Below are positions 18,567 through 28,768 of a DNA stretch of 64,000 nucleotides, one piece after another (the first letter of the stretch is position 1; the number at the start of each line of letters is the position of its first letter). A program made the position numbers and the translations under genes. This DNA comes from Myxococcota bacterium. GTDB taxonomy: Bacteria > Myxococcota_A > UBA9042 > DTJE01. Location: the NCBI GenBank assembly GCA_017994695.1, contig JAGOKF010000009.1, positions 4,461-68,460 on the forward strand, in the 5' to 3' direction. The notes beneath the pieces are model-generated. The model did no database searches and had not been told where the DNA came from. It worked only from the letters and a program-made list of their open reading frames with translations.

Positions 18567-20593
18567 ATCGACGGCCCGCCTCCAGCCTGGCCGTGACCGG
18601 CGGGATGCTGCCGGCGCTGACGGTTCTGCTGGCGATCCTGTCTCCGGCCGACGCTTCCCCGATGGTCCGGGTGGACCGGATCGACGGGACGGGGCCGGTG
18701 CCGACCGGCAGTCGGGTCGAATACGAGATCCGGATCGACCGGACCTTCACCGATCCGTTCGATGACCGTCAGGTGAGGGTCCGGATGGGCTTCTGGCGAG
18801 AAGGCGAGGCGGTCCCCATCGGGGTGGAGGCCTTCTGGATGGTCCCCTTTCGCCGGGAGGCGACCGAGGATGGCGGCGAGCGGTGGATCGAGGACGGGGA
18901 TCCCTCCTTCCGGGCGAGGTTCCGGGCCCTGCGACCGGGGACCTGGCGGGTGGCCGCCGAGGTGACCATTCCCGGGGAGGGGACTTCGCAAGTGGAGACG
19001 CAACCGCTTGAAGTCACAGGCACAGAACTCGATCCGTATGTCCGGCGCACGGTGCGGAACGGGCGACCCGCCCTGGAACGGCAGGGGCGCCCCTTCGTGC
19101 CCTTCGGGTTCAACGTCGGATGGAGCGGGCCCAAGGGTACCGGGGACTACGAGCGATGGCTTCCCCGCATCGCCGGGGGATTCGGCCGCAAGTGGATGAC
19201 GTCCTTCGACGGGACCGCCCTGGAATGGATCCAGGGGGCGGACGGGGGGTACTACGGGGGGCCGGGACGCTACAACCAGAAGGCCGCGGCCCGCCTGGAC
19301 CGGATCCTCGACCTGGCCGAGTCCCAGGGAGTCGCGCTGCAACTGGTGTTCCAGCAGCACTCCCAGTTCCAGACCACCCACTGGTCCTCCTGGGAGCAGA
19401 ACCCCTGGAACGCCGCGAATGGAGGCCCCTGCGCCGCCTCGATGGAGTTCTTCACGCTTCCGGAGGTCGTGGAGGGCTTCGACCGGAGGATGCGCTACAT
19501 CGTGGCCCGGTACGGGGACTCCCCGGCCATTCTTGCCTGGGAACTCTGGAACGAGGTGGACCTGATCGAGGGGTACGATGCGGGGGTCGTGTCGCGCTGG
19601 AGTCGGGAACGGGTCGCGCGGCTGCGCCAGTGGGACCCCTACGGCCACCTCGTGACCACCTCCTATGCCTTGCCCGCCTTCCCGGAACAGGACTGGGAAT
19701 TCGAGGGCTACGACCTGGTCCAGTTGCACTCGTACCTCGAGTCCTACTGGGACGCCCTGGAGATCTTCGCCGATCCCCTCCTGGCCTTCGGGAAGCCGGT
19801 GGTGGTGGGGGAGTTCGGCATCGACTTCCTGGGCGAGGCGAATCGGAGGGACACGGAGGCCGTCCACCTGGTCAACGGGACCCTCTGGGCGGTGATGCTG
19901 GGCTACACCGGCGGGGTGATGTCCTGGTGGTGGGATTCGTGGCTGGAGGAACCAGGCCCTCTCGCGGGATGGAGCCTGGGCCAGCGGGCCCTGCAGCGCC
20001 TGGAGGTCATGGACGTGATCGGTCCCTTCGACGGGGTCCGGCTCGACGGCGCGGCTCCGGGGGCACTGCGGGCGGTCGCCTCCCGCCTGGAGGACGGCCT
20101 GCTGGTGTGGATCCACGATCCCCGGTCGGACTGGGACCGGGACCCGGGTCTCCCATGGACGGTGTTCGCCGGGGCGGGGCTGGAACTGGAGGACCCCGGG
20201 GAACGCTGCGGGGAATGGACGGCGGTCCGGGTCCACGAGCCGGCGATGGAGGCCCAGATCGGGTCTCTCGAGGATCGGGAGGGCGGGATCTTCCGGCTGG
20301 AACTGCCGGCCTTCACGCGGGACCTGCTGCTGCGGATCCGCTGCCAAGGGGAACCGGCCCTCGAGGACGGGGACCTCCCGGTGCCGGAGGACTCGGGCGA
20401 CATCTCCGATGGGTTGGATTCGGACCTCGTTTCCCTGGAGGACGGGCCGGAGGGCCCACCGGAACAGACCGCGGAAGACCGGGGAACGGTTGGGGATCCG
20501 GGGGGCCGACCCGACGCGGCCGGTACGGAGGAGATCCCGGGGGACGATGTCGCGCCTCCCCGCCGGGCAAGGGGATGCCAGGCCGCCTGGTAG
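18563..20593 (+). CDS. Glycoside hydrolase family 5-like (cellulase-superfamily TIM barrel; DUF5060/DUF4038-like) exported protein
   Basis: Signal peptide, an N-terminal beta-sandwich-like region, then ILAWELWNE (acid/base NE) and VVVGEFG (nucleophile) blocks. Acidic C-terminal tail. Confidence 0.6.
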   Translation: MNRRPASSLAVTGGMLPALTVLLAILSPADASPMVRVDRIDGTGPVPTGSRVEYEIRIDRTFTDPFDDRQVRVRMGFWREGEAVPIGVEAFWMVPFRREATEDGGERWIEDGDPSFRARFRALRPGTWRVAAEVTIPGEGTSQVETQPLEVTGTELDPYVRRTVRNGRPALERQGRPFVPFGFNVGWSGPKGTGDYERWLPRIAGGFGRKWMTSFDGTALEWIQGADGGYYGGPGRYNQKAAARLDRILDLAESQGVALQLVFQQHSQFQTTHWSSWEQNPWNAANGGPCAASMEFFTLPEVVEGFDRRMRYIVARYGDSPAILAWELWNEVDLIEGYDAGVVSRWSRERVARLRQWDPYGHLVTTSYALPAFPEQDWEFEGYDLVQLHSYLESYWDALEIFADPLLAFGKPVVVGEFGIDFLGEANRRDTEAVHLVNGTLWAVMLGYTGGVMSWWWDSWLEEPGPLAGWSLGQRALQRLEVMDVIGPFDGVRLDGAAPGALRAVASRLEDGLLVWIHDPRSDWDRDPGLPWTVFAGAGLELEDPGERCGEWTAVRVHEPAMEAQIGSLEDREGGIFRLELPAFTRDLLLRIRCQGEPALEDGDLPVPEDSGDISDGLDSDLVSLEDGPEGPPEQTAEDRGTVGDPGGRPDAAGTEEIPGDDVAPPRRARGCQAAW

Positions 20594-20675
20594 CGTCCGG
20601 GAGTGCTTCGATTTCCTCCCCTTCGGGAACGATCGGAGGGGTCTGCAATCTCGAACCGGGGACGTTCGCGGAAGT

Positions 20676-21656
20676 TCAGCGCGGCCGTCCGGGGAAGGTC
20701 TCCCCCCGGGGGAACAGGGGCAGTTGCTCGCCGGTGGACAGGAGGTGCTCCACGGCCTCGTACACCGCGATCAGGTGCCGCACGTTGGACACGAAGTCCA
20801 GGCGGGAGACATCGATCCGCAGCACGGGCCCGGTGTACCACCCCTCCCGGCGAAGCACGCCGATCATCTCGCCATAGCGTCGTGCCAGGCCACGGACCAG
20901 CCGGGCCAGACCCTCGGGGACCTCGGCCTCCGGTCCCTGGTCCGCCCCCTCCTCCCCCCGGGCCCGGTCCTGGATGTTCCGGAACAGCAGCGGCAGCGGG
21001 CCTTCCAGCAGGATCAGGAGGTCCGGCCTCACCAGGGGCTGGAACTCCTCCCGGAGGCGACGGTCGATCTGGTCCAGTCCCTCGGCCGTCAGGTAGGGGA
21101 CCTCCAGGTCCCGGTGGAGGACCTCGCAGAAGGCGTAGCGGTCCGCCAGGGGCGACCCGTCCACGACGGTGCTGCGGTTCAGGGAAGGAACCGCCAGCAA
21201 CTGCATCCGGCGGAGGTCCAGGTACGCATGCTGGATGTCCAGAGCCCCCTTGTTCAGCCGCCGCCGGGCCTCGCAGATCGCGGGATCGTTCGGCGCGATG
21301 CCCCCTTGCTGCATGGCCACGAAGTCGTGGATCGCGTCGTAGTATTCCCGGAGGGTCCGCCGGACCATCTGCTTGGCGGTGGCCAGAAGGCTCGCCAGGG
21401 CCTCGTTTTCCGGGATGTGGTCCTCGAACCCCTCGTCGGGCAACTCGAAGAGGGCGTTCATGCCGGTGTTGAAGGCCAGCAGTTTCACCAGGGACGACTT
21501 GCCCGCCCCGATGTTCCCGACGCAGACCACGAGGCTCCGCCGATCCAGGAAGTGGCGCATCAGGCGCCGTTCCACGCTGGTCAGCCGGTGGGCGACCTGG
21601 TGGCGCCGGATGGTGGGGTCCTCCCGGACCTCCAGGACGTTGCTCCGGTCATCCAT
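20676..21656 (-). CDS. Deoxynucleoside-kinase-like P-loop protein (paralog B, with a 35-aa N-terminal extension)
   Basis: P-loop VCVGNIGAGKSSL and dNK-like VDGSPLADRYAFCEVL. Start overlaps the upstream paralog's stop (ATGGATGA). An alternative start at Met33 (21560) is possible. Confidence 0.6.
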   Translation of the reverse strand: MDDRSNVLEVREDPTIRRHQVAHRLTSVERRLMRHFLDRRSLVVCVGNIGAGKSSLVKLLAFNTGMNALFELPDEGFEDHIPENEALASLLATAKQMVRRTLREYYDAIHDFVAMQQGGIAPNDPAICEARRRLNKGALDIQHAYLDLRRMQLLAVPSLNRSTVVDGSPLADRYAFCEVLHRDLEVPYLTAEGLDQIDRRLREEFQPLVRPDLLILLEGPLPLLFRNIQDRARGEEGADQGPEAEVPEGLARLVRGLARRYGEMIGVLRREGWYTGPVLRIDVSRLDFVSNVRHLIAVYEAVEHLLSTGEQLPLFPRGETFPGRPR

Positions 21657-22419
21657 GGTAGAAGGCCTTCCGGGCGCTGACCATGCGCCGCACCTTTTCC
21701 CGGATCGTCGCTGCGGCGACGTGGACGTAGTCCGGGTGCTCCTCCATGTCGATCTCGGCCGGCAGGACCAGCAGGTCCGCGTCGGGGGGCACGATGGCGT
21801 GTTCCCGGTAGCCCAGCAGCACCCGGGGCCAATGGCAGACCACGTCCTCGTAGCAGCGGTGGATCTCCCGGAGGTAGTCCGTGCCGATCCCGGCGGCGTA
21901 GGCGTCCCCGGCCTCGGTGCGCTTCCGGCGCCTGCGCTCCAGCTGGTCCGGCTCGGTCCGGAGGTACACCGTCAGGTCCGGCAGGCGGATGCGCTCGGTC
22001 TGGAGGGTCTGGAGCAACAGGGTCCGGTAGAGGCGCGCGTGGGGCGGGGGCATCTCCCCCGCATCGACCATCCGCTTCACGAAGACCTCCGGGCCGTCCA
22101 GGAAGGGGCGGTCCTCGAGGATCAGCACGGGGACCCGGCTCTCCCGGGTCATCAGGTGGCGGATCTCCCGCTGCTGCAGCGTGCGCATCTGGAGGAAGGC
22201 CGTCTCGGTGGCGAAGATGTGGGCCTTCCGGTCCTGGTAGAAGAGCGCGAGGCACTGGTCCGTGAGGCTGCCCTTTTCCACCCGCTCGGTGAAGGTGTGG
22301 ATCTCGGCTCCCTCCAGGATGTCCGACAGGTCGGTCCGGTAGGGGTCCCGGGCCAGCATGGTCATCAGCGTGGTCTTTCCCGAGAAGAGGTTTCCCATGA
22401 TTCCGATGTGGAAGTTCAT
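21649..22419 (-). CDS. Deoxynucleoside-kinase-like P-loop protein (paralog A)
   Basis: P-loop IGIMGNLFSGKTTLM, ERS-like ILEDRPFLDGPEVFV, Arg-rich lid RRRRKR. The start is the ATG at 22419 (MNFHIG); upstream of that the frame is antisense to argF. Confidence 0.65.
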   Translation of the reverse strand: MNFHIGIMGNLFSGKTTLMTMLARDPYRTDLSDILEGAEIHTFTERVEKGSLTDQCLALFYQDRKAHIFATETAFLQMRTLQQREIRHLMTRESRVPVLILEDRPFLDGPEVFVKRMVDAGEMPPPHARLYRTLLLQTLQTERIRLPDLTVYLRTEPDQLERRRRKRTEAGDAYAAGIGTDYLREIHRCYEDVVCHWPRVLLGYREHAIVPPDADLLVLPAEIDMEEHPDYVHVAAATIREKVRRMVSARKAFYHG

Positions 22420-22591
22420 GACCCTCGGACCTCCCCCAGGGATCGGCTCCGGCGATTCTGGCCCCAGGGACTCCCGCCGGTCAAGGAGGCCTGGCACGGC
22501 CGCGGGTCCGATCTCCTCGTTCACGGCTTGATCCAGGAGCCGGGATCGGGCATGCTCCCGGCGGCTTTTCTGGAACCGGAGGGAGACGATC

Positions 22592-23575
22592 ATGGCGAGT
22601 TCCTGGAAGGGGCGTTCCCTGCTGAAACTGCTCGATTTCACGCCGGCGGAAATCCGGGAGGTCCTGGACCTGGCGGCGACCCTGAAGGCCCGGAACCGGA
22701 CCGGCGGGCGGGGCCATGCCCTGGAGGGGAAGACCATCGCCCTGATCTTCGAGAAACCGTCCACCAGGACCCGCTGCGCCTTCGTCACCGCCTGCATCCG
22801 CGAGGGCGCCCATCCCGAGTATCTGGGGAAGGGGGACATCCAGTTCGGCAAGAAGGAGAGCGTGGCGGACACGGCCCGGGTGCTGGGCCGGATGTTCGAC
22901 GGCATCCAGTTCCGGGGGTTCCGCCAGGCGGTCGTGGAGGACCTGGCCCGGTTCGCCGGCGTGCCGGTCTGGAACGGCCTGACCGACGACTGGCACCCGA
23001 CCCAGGTGCTGGCGGACCTGCTGACGCTCCAGGAGGAGTTCGGCCGCAACCTCCGGGGGTGCGCCCTGGCCTACGTCGGTGACGGCCGGAACAACATGGC
23101 CAACGAACTGCTGGTCGGTTGCGCGAAGATGGGCATGGACGTCCGGATCGTGGCCCCGGCGTCCCTCCATCCCCGGGCCGACGTGCTGGAGGCGGCCCGG
23201 CAGGTGGCCGAGGGAACGGGGGGCCGCGTGCAGGTGACCGCCGACGTGGAGGAGGGGGTCCGGGGAGCCCATGCGCTCTACACCGACGTGTGGGCCTCGA
23301 TGGGCGAGGAGGACAAGATCCCCGAGCGCATCGCCCTGCTGCGTCCCTACCAGATCACCCGACAGATGATCGCCGCGACGGGCCTGCGGGAAACCGTCTT
23401 CCTGCACTGCCTGCCCGCGTTCCACAACCACGAAACGGACCTCGCACGGCAGTTCCCGGATATCTGCGAGGTCGAGGACGAGGTCTTCGAGGGCCCCGCC
23501 AGCCGCGTCTTCGACGAGGCCGAGAACCGGGTCCACACGATCCAGGCCGTGATGGTCGCGACGCTCGGGGCGTGA
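22592..23575 (+). CDS. argF: Ornithine carbamoyltransferase
   Basis: STRTR carbamoyl-phosphate motif, HPTQ, HCLP. A GGAGGGA sequence lies upstream of the ATG. Confidence 0.9.
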   Translation: MASSWKGRSLLKLLDFTPAEIREVLDLAATLKARNRTGGRGHALEGKTIALIFEKPSTRTRCAFVTACIREGAHPEYLGKGDIQFGKKESVADTARVLGRMFDGIQFRGFRQAVVEDLARFAGVPVWNGLTDDWHPTQVLADLLTLQEEFGRNLRGCALAYVGDGRNNMANELLVGCAKMGMDVRIVAPASLHPRADVLEAARQVAEGTGGRVQVTADVEEGVRGAHALYTDVWASMGEEDKIPERIALLRPYQITRQMIAATGLRETVFLHCLPAFHNHETDLARQFPDICEVEDEVFEGPASRVFDEAENRVHTIQAVMVATLGA

Positions 23576-23607
23576 CCTTCCCGCGATCCTGCCAGGAGGG
23601 CCGAACG

Positions 23608-26061
23608 ATGGACTCGCGGACGCTGTCGGACCTCCAGTTCTCCCGCATCCTGGACGCGGCGGCGGATCTCTGCCAGACGGTTCGCGGCCGGGAGCGGGTC
23701 CGCCAGGCGATCCCCCTGAAGGGACTGCCGGAGATCGACCGGGAACTGTGGCTGGTGGAGGAGGCCCTCTGGCTGCTGGACCACCCGGACCGACCCTCGC
23801 TGGACGGCGTGGAGGACATGGTTCCCCGGATCCAGGCGGCGGCGAAGGGGGCGGTGCTGACCGCCGGGGAACTGATCGCCTGCGCCCGGATGCTGGCGGC
23901 GGGATCGGAGGCGCGCAAGGCTCTGGCGGCGCTGGATCTCCGGGCCCCGAGCCTCGCGGCGCTGGTGCAGCCCCTGCCGGACCTGGGAGCCGTGGCGGAA
24001 TTCGTCCTCGGGGCCTTCGATGAGGAGGGGCGCATCCGGGACGACGCCTCCCCCCGGCTGGCCGAACTGCGGAGCCGGGCCCTCTCGCTCCAGAGGCGCG
24101 TGAAGGCTCTGGTGGAGGAGATGGTCCGGGACGAGCGGATCCGCCCGGTTCTCCAGGACGACTACTACACGATCCGGGAGGGCCGCTACGTCCTGCCGGT
24201 GAAGGCCGAGGACCACCGGTTCGTGGCGGGCATCCTCCACGGGGCCTCCCAGACGGGGCAGACCCTCTTCATCGAGCCCCAGTCCATCGTCGAGGAGAAC
24301 AACCACCTGAAGATGGTGCTGGAGGGCATCGCGGCGGAGGAGCACGCGGTGCTGGCCGATCGTTCCCGGATGATCGGCCGCCAGGCCGAGGCGGCGGCGA
24401 GGATCGCCGATGCGCTGTGGCGCCTGGACTCGATCCTGGGCCGTGCGCGCCTGGCGCGATCGATGGGGGGGCGACGCCCCGCGATGGGCGGGGAGGTCCT
24501 GCGCCTGGTGGAGGCCCGGAACCCCCTGCTGCTGCTCCTGGGAAGGTCCGTCGTGCCCACCTCCCTGGAGATGCCCGCCGGGGGATCGGGATGCGCCCTG
24601 GTCCTGTCGGGACCGAACGCCGGGGGGAAGTCGGTGGCCCTTTCCACGGTGGGCCTCTGTGTGCTGATGGTGCAGCACGGGTTGCTGCCCCCGGTGCGGG
24701 AGGGGACGACCCTGCCGGACTACTCCCGGGTCTGGACGGTGATCGGGGACCCGACCAGCATGGACCGGGCCCTGAGCACCTTCACCGGGCAGTTGTCCCG
24801 GGTCCTGGAGGCCCTGGAAGGGGCCCGGGGACGGGTGCTGGTGCTGCTGGACGAACTGGGGACCGGGACCGAGCCCCGGCGCGGAGAGGCCCTGGCCATC
24901 GCCATCGTCGAATCGCTGGTGGAACGGGGCGCCGAGTGCCTGGTGGCCACGCACTACGACGGGCTGAAACGCCGGGCCGGCGAGGATCCCCGTTTCCGCA
25001 ATGCCCGGATGGGCCTGGATCCGAAGACCGGCCTCCCGGACTACCTCCTGTCCCTGGGGGAGGCGGGGGAGTCCAACCCCTTCGAGATCGCCCGGCAGGT
25101 CGGTCTGCCCGACGCCATCCTGGCCCGTGCCCGTGCCCTGGTGGGGGACCAGGAACGGCAACTGGAGGAGGCCCTGGCCGAGGCGAGGGCCCTGAAGGCC
25201 GCCCTGGAGGAGGAGAAGCGGGAGACCGAGGACCTGAAGCGCCGGCTGGCCGACGACAAGAGGCGCTACGAGAAGGAACTCCACCGGATCCGGAACGACT
25301 CGGACCGCCTGGTCCACGAGGCCCGGAGGGAGGTGCTCCAGAAGATGAAGCGGCTGGAGGAGGAACTGGAGGCCATCGCTCGGCAGGCCCGGGCCGAGAA
25401 GGCCCGCCTCACCGAGCCGACCGCGGTGAGGACCGTGAAGGCCCGCCATCAGGAGGTGGCGGAGCGGAAGCGGGAGGTCCGCCGGGACATGGACCGGGAG
25501 GACCAGGCGCGGATGCCCAGCGAGCCGCTTCCCGCCGAGGCCTTCCGGGAAGGGGCCACGGCATACGTCGTGCCGCTCCGGGCCGTGGGGCGGATCGTCG
25601 AGGTGGCGCCGGACGGGAAGCGGGGCGTGGTGCAGGTGGGGCTGCTCCGGACCCCGGTGAAGCGATCGGACCTGCGGGTTCCCGAACCGGGATCCTCCGG
25701 GTCCCAGGCATCCGGAAAGGCCACGCCCAACCAAGCGAGGATCCCGGCGCCGGAACCCCCGTCCCGGCAGCCGCCGATCGCGCCGGAGGTCCGGGACGCG
25801 GGGTTCGTCCGGACGGCCACCAACACCCTCGATGTCCGGGGCATGCGGGCCGACGAGGCCCTGGCGGCCCTGGAAGCCTTCCTGGACCAGGCCTGGCTCC
25901 GGGAGGACCCGGAGGTCCTGGTCATCCACGGCCTGGGGACCTCGGCGCTCCGGAAGGCCGTCCGGGAGTTCCTGAAGAAGAGCCGCTACTGCCGGTCGTT
26001 CCGCCCCGGGGAGATCCGGGAGGGCGGGGAAGGGGTCACCTTCGTCACCCTGGCATTGTGA
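23608..26061 (+). CDS. mutS2: Endonuclease MutS2 (MutS domain plus C-terminal Smr domain)
   Basis: Walker A GPNAGGKS and LLDELGTGT. A C-terminal Smr domain (LDVRGMRADEAL...HGLGTSALRKAV). An AGGAGG sequence lies 9 nt upstream of the ATG at 23608. Confidence 0.9.
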   Translation: MDSRTLSDLQFSRILDAAADLCQTVRGRERVRQAIPLKGLPEIDRELWLVEEALWLLDHPDRPSLDGVEDMVPRIQAAAKGAVLTAGELIACARMLAAGSEARKALAALDLRAPSLAALVQPLPDLGAVAEFVLGAFDEEGRIRDDASPRLAELRSRALSLQRRVKALVEEMVRDERIRPVLQDDYYTIREGRYVLPVKAEDHRFVAGILHGASQTGQTLFIEPQSIVEENNHLKMVLEGIAAEEHAVLADRSRMIGRQAEAAARIADALWRLDSILGRARLARSMGGRRPAMGGEVLRLVEARNPLLLLLGRSVVPTSLEMPAGGSGCALVLSGPNAGGKSVALSTVGLCVLMVQHGLLPPVREGTTLPDYSRVWTVIGDPTSMDRALSTFTGQLSRVLEALEGARGRVLVLLDELGTGTEPRRGEALAIAIVESLVERGAECLVATHYDGLKRRAGEDPRFRNARMGLDPKTGLPDYLLSLGEAGESNPFEIARQVGLPDAILARARALVGDQERQLEEALAEARALKAALEEEKRETEDLKRRLADDKRRYEKELHRIRNDSDRLVHEARREVLQKMKRLEEELEAIARQARAEKARLTEPTAVRTVKARHQEVAERKREVRRDMDREDQARMPSEPLPAEAFREGATAYVVPLRAVGRIVEVAPDGKRGVVQVGLLRTPVKRSDLRVPEPGSSGSQASGKATPNQARIPAPEPPSRQPPIAPEVRDAGFVRTATNTLDVRGMRADEALAALEAFLDQAWLREDPEVLVIHGLGTSALRKAVREFLKKSRYCRSFRPGEIREGGEGVTFVTLAL

Positions 26062-26083
26062 TCCCGGGTTCGGTCCGGGCGGT

Positions 26084-26818
26084 TCAGATCACCTTCTTCA
26101 GCACCACGAAGCCCCCGACCAGCAGCACCAGGAAGGCCAGGGCCAGCCAGTCGAAGTAGCGGTCGATGAAGCGCTTCATCGGAGGGCCGAAGAGCCACAG
26201 CAGGATCGCGACGGCGAAGAAGCGCATGCCCCGCCCGATCACCGACGCCAGCAGCAGGGTTTCGATGGGAATCGCGAAGTACCCCCCGGCCACGGTGAAG
26301 ACCTTGTAGGGGATGGGGCTGAAGGCGGCGCCGAAGACCGCCAGGAAGGCGTTCTGGTCGTAGAGGTCCTTCACCTTCAGGAACAGGGAGGTGTGGTGTT
26401 CCGCGCCGGCCTCGGGGAGGTACCGGTAGAAATCGTATCCCGACAGGGCGACCACCTCGGCTCCGGGACCCGCCCGGCCGTACCACGACTCGGGTCCCAC
26501 CAGCCACGCCAGGATGCCGTTGACGACCCCGAAGAACTCGTGCCCCAACCACCACCCGAAGGCGCCTCCCAGCACGGACCCGACCGTGCAGATCACCGCG
26601 TAGCGGAACCACTTCTCCCGACGTCCCAGGACCAGGGCGATCAGCAGCACGTCGGGGGGGATGGGGAAGAAGGACGACTCGGCGAAGGCCAGCAGGGCCA
26701 GGGCGATGGCGCCGTAGGGGGTGTCCGCCCAGTGGAGCACCCAGTGGTAGAGGCCCTTCATCCAGGTCATCGGCAGGCGCCACCAGGGCGTTGCCGGGCT
26801 CGCGACGGGATCGGCCAT
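26084..26818 (-). CDS. DedA/YqaA family membrane protein
   Basis: Multi-TM protein with a DedA-like core (FFPIPPDVLLIALVLG, GRGMRFFAVAILLW). Start taken at MADPVASP. Confidence 0.65.
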   Translation of the reverse strand: MADPVASPATPWWRLPMTWMKGLYHWVLHWADTPYGAIALALLAFAESSFFPIPPDVLLIALVLGRREKWFRYAVICTVGSVLGGAFGWWLGHEFFGVVNGILAWLVGPESWYGRAGPGAEVVALSGYDFYRYLPEAGAEHHTSLFLKVKDLYDQNAFLAVFGAAFSPIPYKVFTVAGGYFAIPIETLLLASVIGRGMRFFAVAILLWLFGPPMKRFIDRYFDWLALAFLVLLVGGFVVLKKVI

Positions 26819-26908
26819 GGTCCTCCCTTCCGGGAACGAGGCGCGCAAGTATAACCGAAACGGATCGCCGTGCCGCCCGCGGGTCTGGAAGAGGCTTCCG
26901 CGACGGAA

Positions 26909-28600
26909 TCAGCGGAGGAAGATGGCGTTGCTGTACAGGTAGGGGTAGGAGGCGCTCGCGAGGCCCTCCAGGCCCGGCATGTCGAGGGATCCGGCCAGGT
27001 GCAGGGGCACGACGTCCACCTCGACGCGCCAGGCGCCGGCGGGGGCGTCCGGCAGCGTCCAGGTCCGGCCCTGTCCCTCGAGGGTGGCGACCACCGACGA
27101 TCCCTCGTCAGTGGCCCGGATCACCCGGGTCGTCACTCGGGCCGAGGCATAGGCGTCAGGGGCGACCCCCGCGATGCCCCAGGGGGGGGCCACCAGGGTC
27201 GGCACCCGCAGGTAGAGCGCCACTCCCGGATCGGCCTGCACCTCTTGGCCCATCTCCACGGGCCGCCCCTCCCGGATCCCGAAGAAGTCGAAGCCCTCCG
27301 GGCTGCCTACCAGGTCAAAGGCCACGTAGAGGCGTCCCTGGCCCACGGCATTCCGGGCCTCGTCCGGGTCGTCGGCACGGTCGGCCGGCAGCAGCACCCG
27401 GTTCGCGAACCACCGGAACGACCGCCCGAAGGAATCGAACCGGTCGCCGTCCGACAGGGGGACGGGTCCCCCGGACACCAGCGTCCGGGCCATGTGGGGG
27501 AAGTCGCTGGTGAAGGGCTCGCAGGACTCCAGGTCCGAGCACAGGGACGGGATCTCCACGTTCCGGTGGATGTCCGTCGCGCCGAAGACGGTCATCCGGA
27601 CCCGGGGAGCCACGGCGTCGAACTTCCGGGGGTCCTCGGCCACCGGCTGGAGCAGCAGCAGCAGGGCCAGGTCCGGGTCCGGGACCTGCCTGCCCGGTTC
27701 CATGAAACGGTCCACCAGCAGGAAGCGGTCCAGGCCGGACATCAGGGCGTCCATCAGCATCGGGTGCACGTTGAAGATCTCGATCCCGTCCACCGGGGCC
27801 TGGACCAGCCGTTCGACCGAAATGGCCGCCTCTTCCGGGTGGTTCACGAAGGCGTACCCGCCCTGGGCATGGACTTGCGCGATGGCGGCCTGCACCTGTT
27901 CCAGGGGAACCGCGTCGTGGTAGGACGTCGAGAACACCTCCGAAGGGACCGGGGCCGAGAGGCCGACGGGCATGTTCTTGTTCCCTTCGCAGCCCACGAA
28001 GTAGAGGAAGGAGGGGATCAGGCTTCCCTCGGGGCACCGGACCCGGTTCGCCACCGTCCGTCCCCGGGAGTCCAGCACCAGGGTGTCCCCCTCCTCGGGT
28101 CGGTAGTGGAGCGCGTCCTCGAAGGAGGCGTCCCGGACGTCGCCGGGGTGGTCGGTCTGGAACACCAGAGAGATGCCGTTCCGGCAGGGCGCCAGCCGGT
28201 GCTCGTCCTCGCAGGCCCGGAACAGGGAGGGGTCGATGCCCTCGTGGTCGGGGAAGCACCCGTCGTGGGACCACTGGGAATGCAGGTGGACGATGGCCCG
28301 CTGCTCCACGAAGCCCCGGTTCGTCGGCCCGAAGGGGATCGGCGGTACCACCGCGTCCGGTCCTTCCTCCCCGACCGCGTCCTCGACCGGTTCCGTGTCC
28401 CCGTTCCCGGGGTCCTGTGCCGGGTCCGCCGCGACGTCCGAGTCCCCATCGGGAACGCCGGGGTCCTCGGGAGGCGGCACGGCATCGTCCGAGAGGACGT
28501 CCCGGGGACCCGGGTCCGGCAGGACGTCGGGCGTCCCGGAGGAACCGCCTCCGCAGGCGATCGCCAGGACCAGAGGAACCGCCGAAAGCCATCGGGTCAT
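26909..28600 (-). CDS. Exported PHP-domain metal-dependent phosphoesterase lipoprotein
   Basis: Lipobox LVLAIAC. A long acidic/Pro-rich linker. PHP signature [10 protein letters not shown] plus downstream His/Asp-rich blocks (FVNHPEE). Confidence 0.55.
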   Translation of the reverse strand: MTRWLSAVPLVLAIACGGGSSGTPDVLPDPGPRDVLSDDAVPPPEDPGVPDGDSDVAADPAQDPGNGDTEPVEDAVGEEGPDAVVPPIPFGPTNRGFVEQRAIVHLHSQWSHDGCFPDHEGIDPSLFRACEDEHRLAPCRNGISLVFQTDHPGDVRDASFEDALHYRPEEGDTLVLDSRGRTVANRVRCPEGSLIPSFLYFVGCEGNKNMPVGLSAPVPSEVFSTSYHDAVPLEQVQAAIAQVHAQGGYAFVNHPEEAAISVERLVQAPVDGIEIFNVHPMLMDALMSGLDRFLLVDRFMEPGRQVPDPDLALLLLLQPVAEDPRKFDAVAPRVRMTVFGATDIHRNVEIPSLCSDLESCEPFTSDFPHMARTLVSGGPVPLSDGDRFDSFGRSFRWFANRVLLPADRADDPDEARNAVGQGRLYVAFDLVGSPEGFDFFGIREGRPVEMGQEVQADPGVALYLRVPTLVAPPWGIAGVAPDAYASARVTTRVIRATDEGSSVVATLEGQGRTWTLPDAPAGAWRVEVDVVPLHLAGSLDMPGLEGLASASYPYLYSNAIFLR

Positions 28601-28768
28601 GTCGTGCCTCCCGGATCGAGGAAAGAACGGCCCCGCAATGGTGCCAGGAATGTCGCCGGATTGCCACGGGAAAGCCATTTTCGGCGGCCCGGCGCCGAAT
28701 CGGACCGGGATGCCCGCGTTCCGCCTTCATGGCATAATGCGCCGCGGCCCGGGGAAGGGAGCCCGACG

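Noticed and set aside
22420-22591. TGGCAC hexamer (CTGGCACGG) upstream of argF
   Set aside because: No TTGC-type -12 element sits at the required spacing, so this is probably chance.
26870-28768. The N-terminal 633 codons of the 1316-aa plus-strand ORF before EF-G
   Set aside because: It is antisense to the PHP lipoprotein and DedA genes. EF-G begins at 28769 with its conserved N-terminus.
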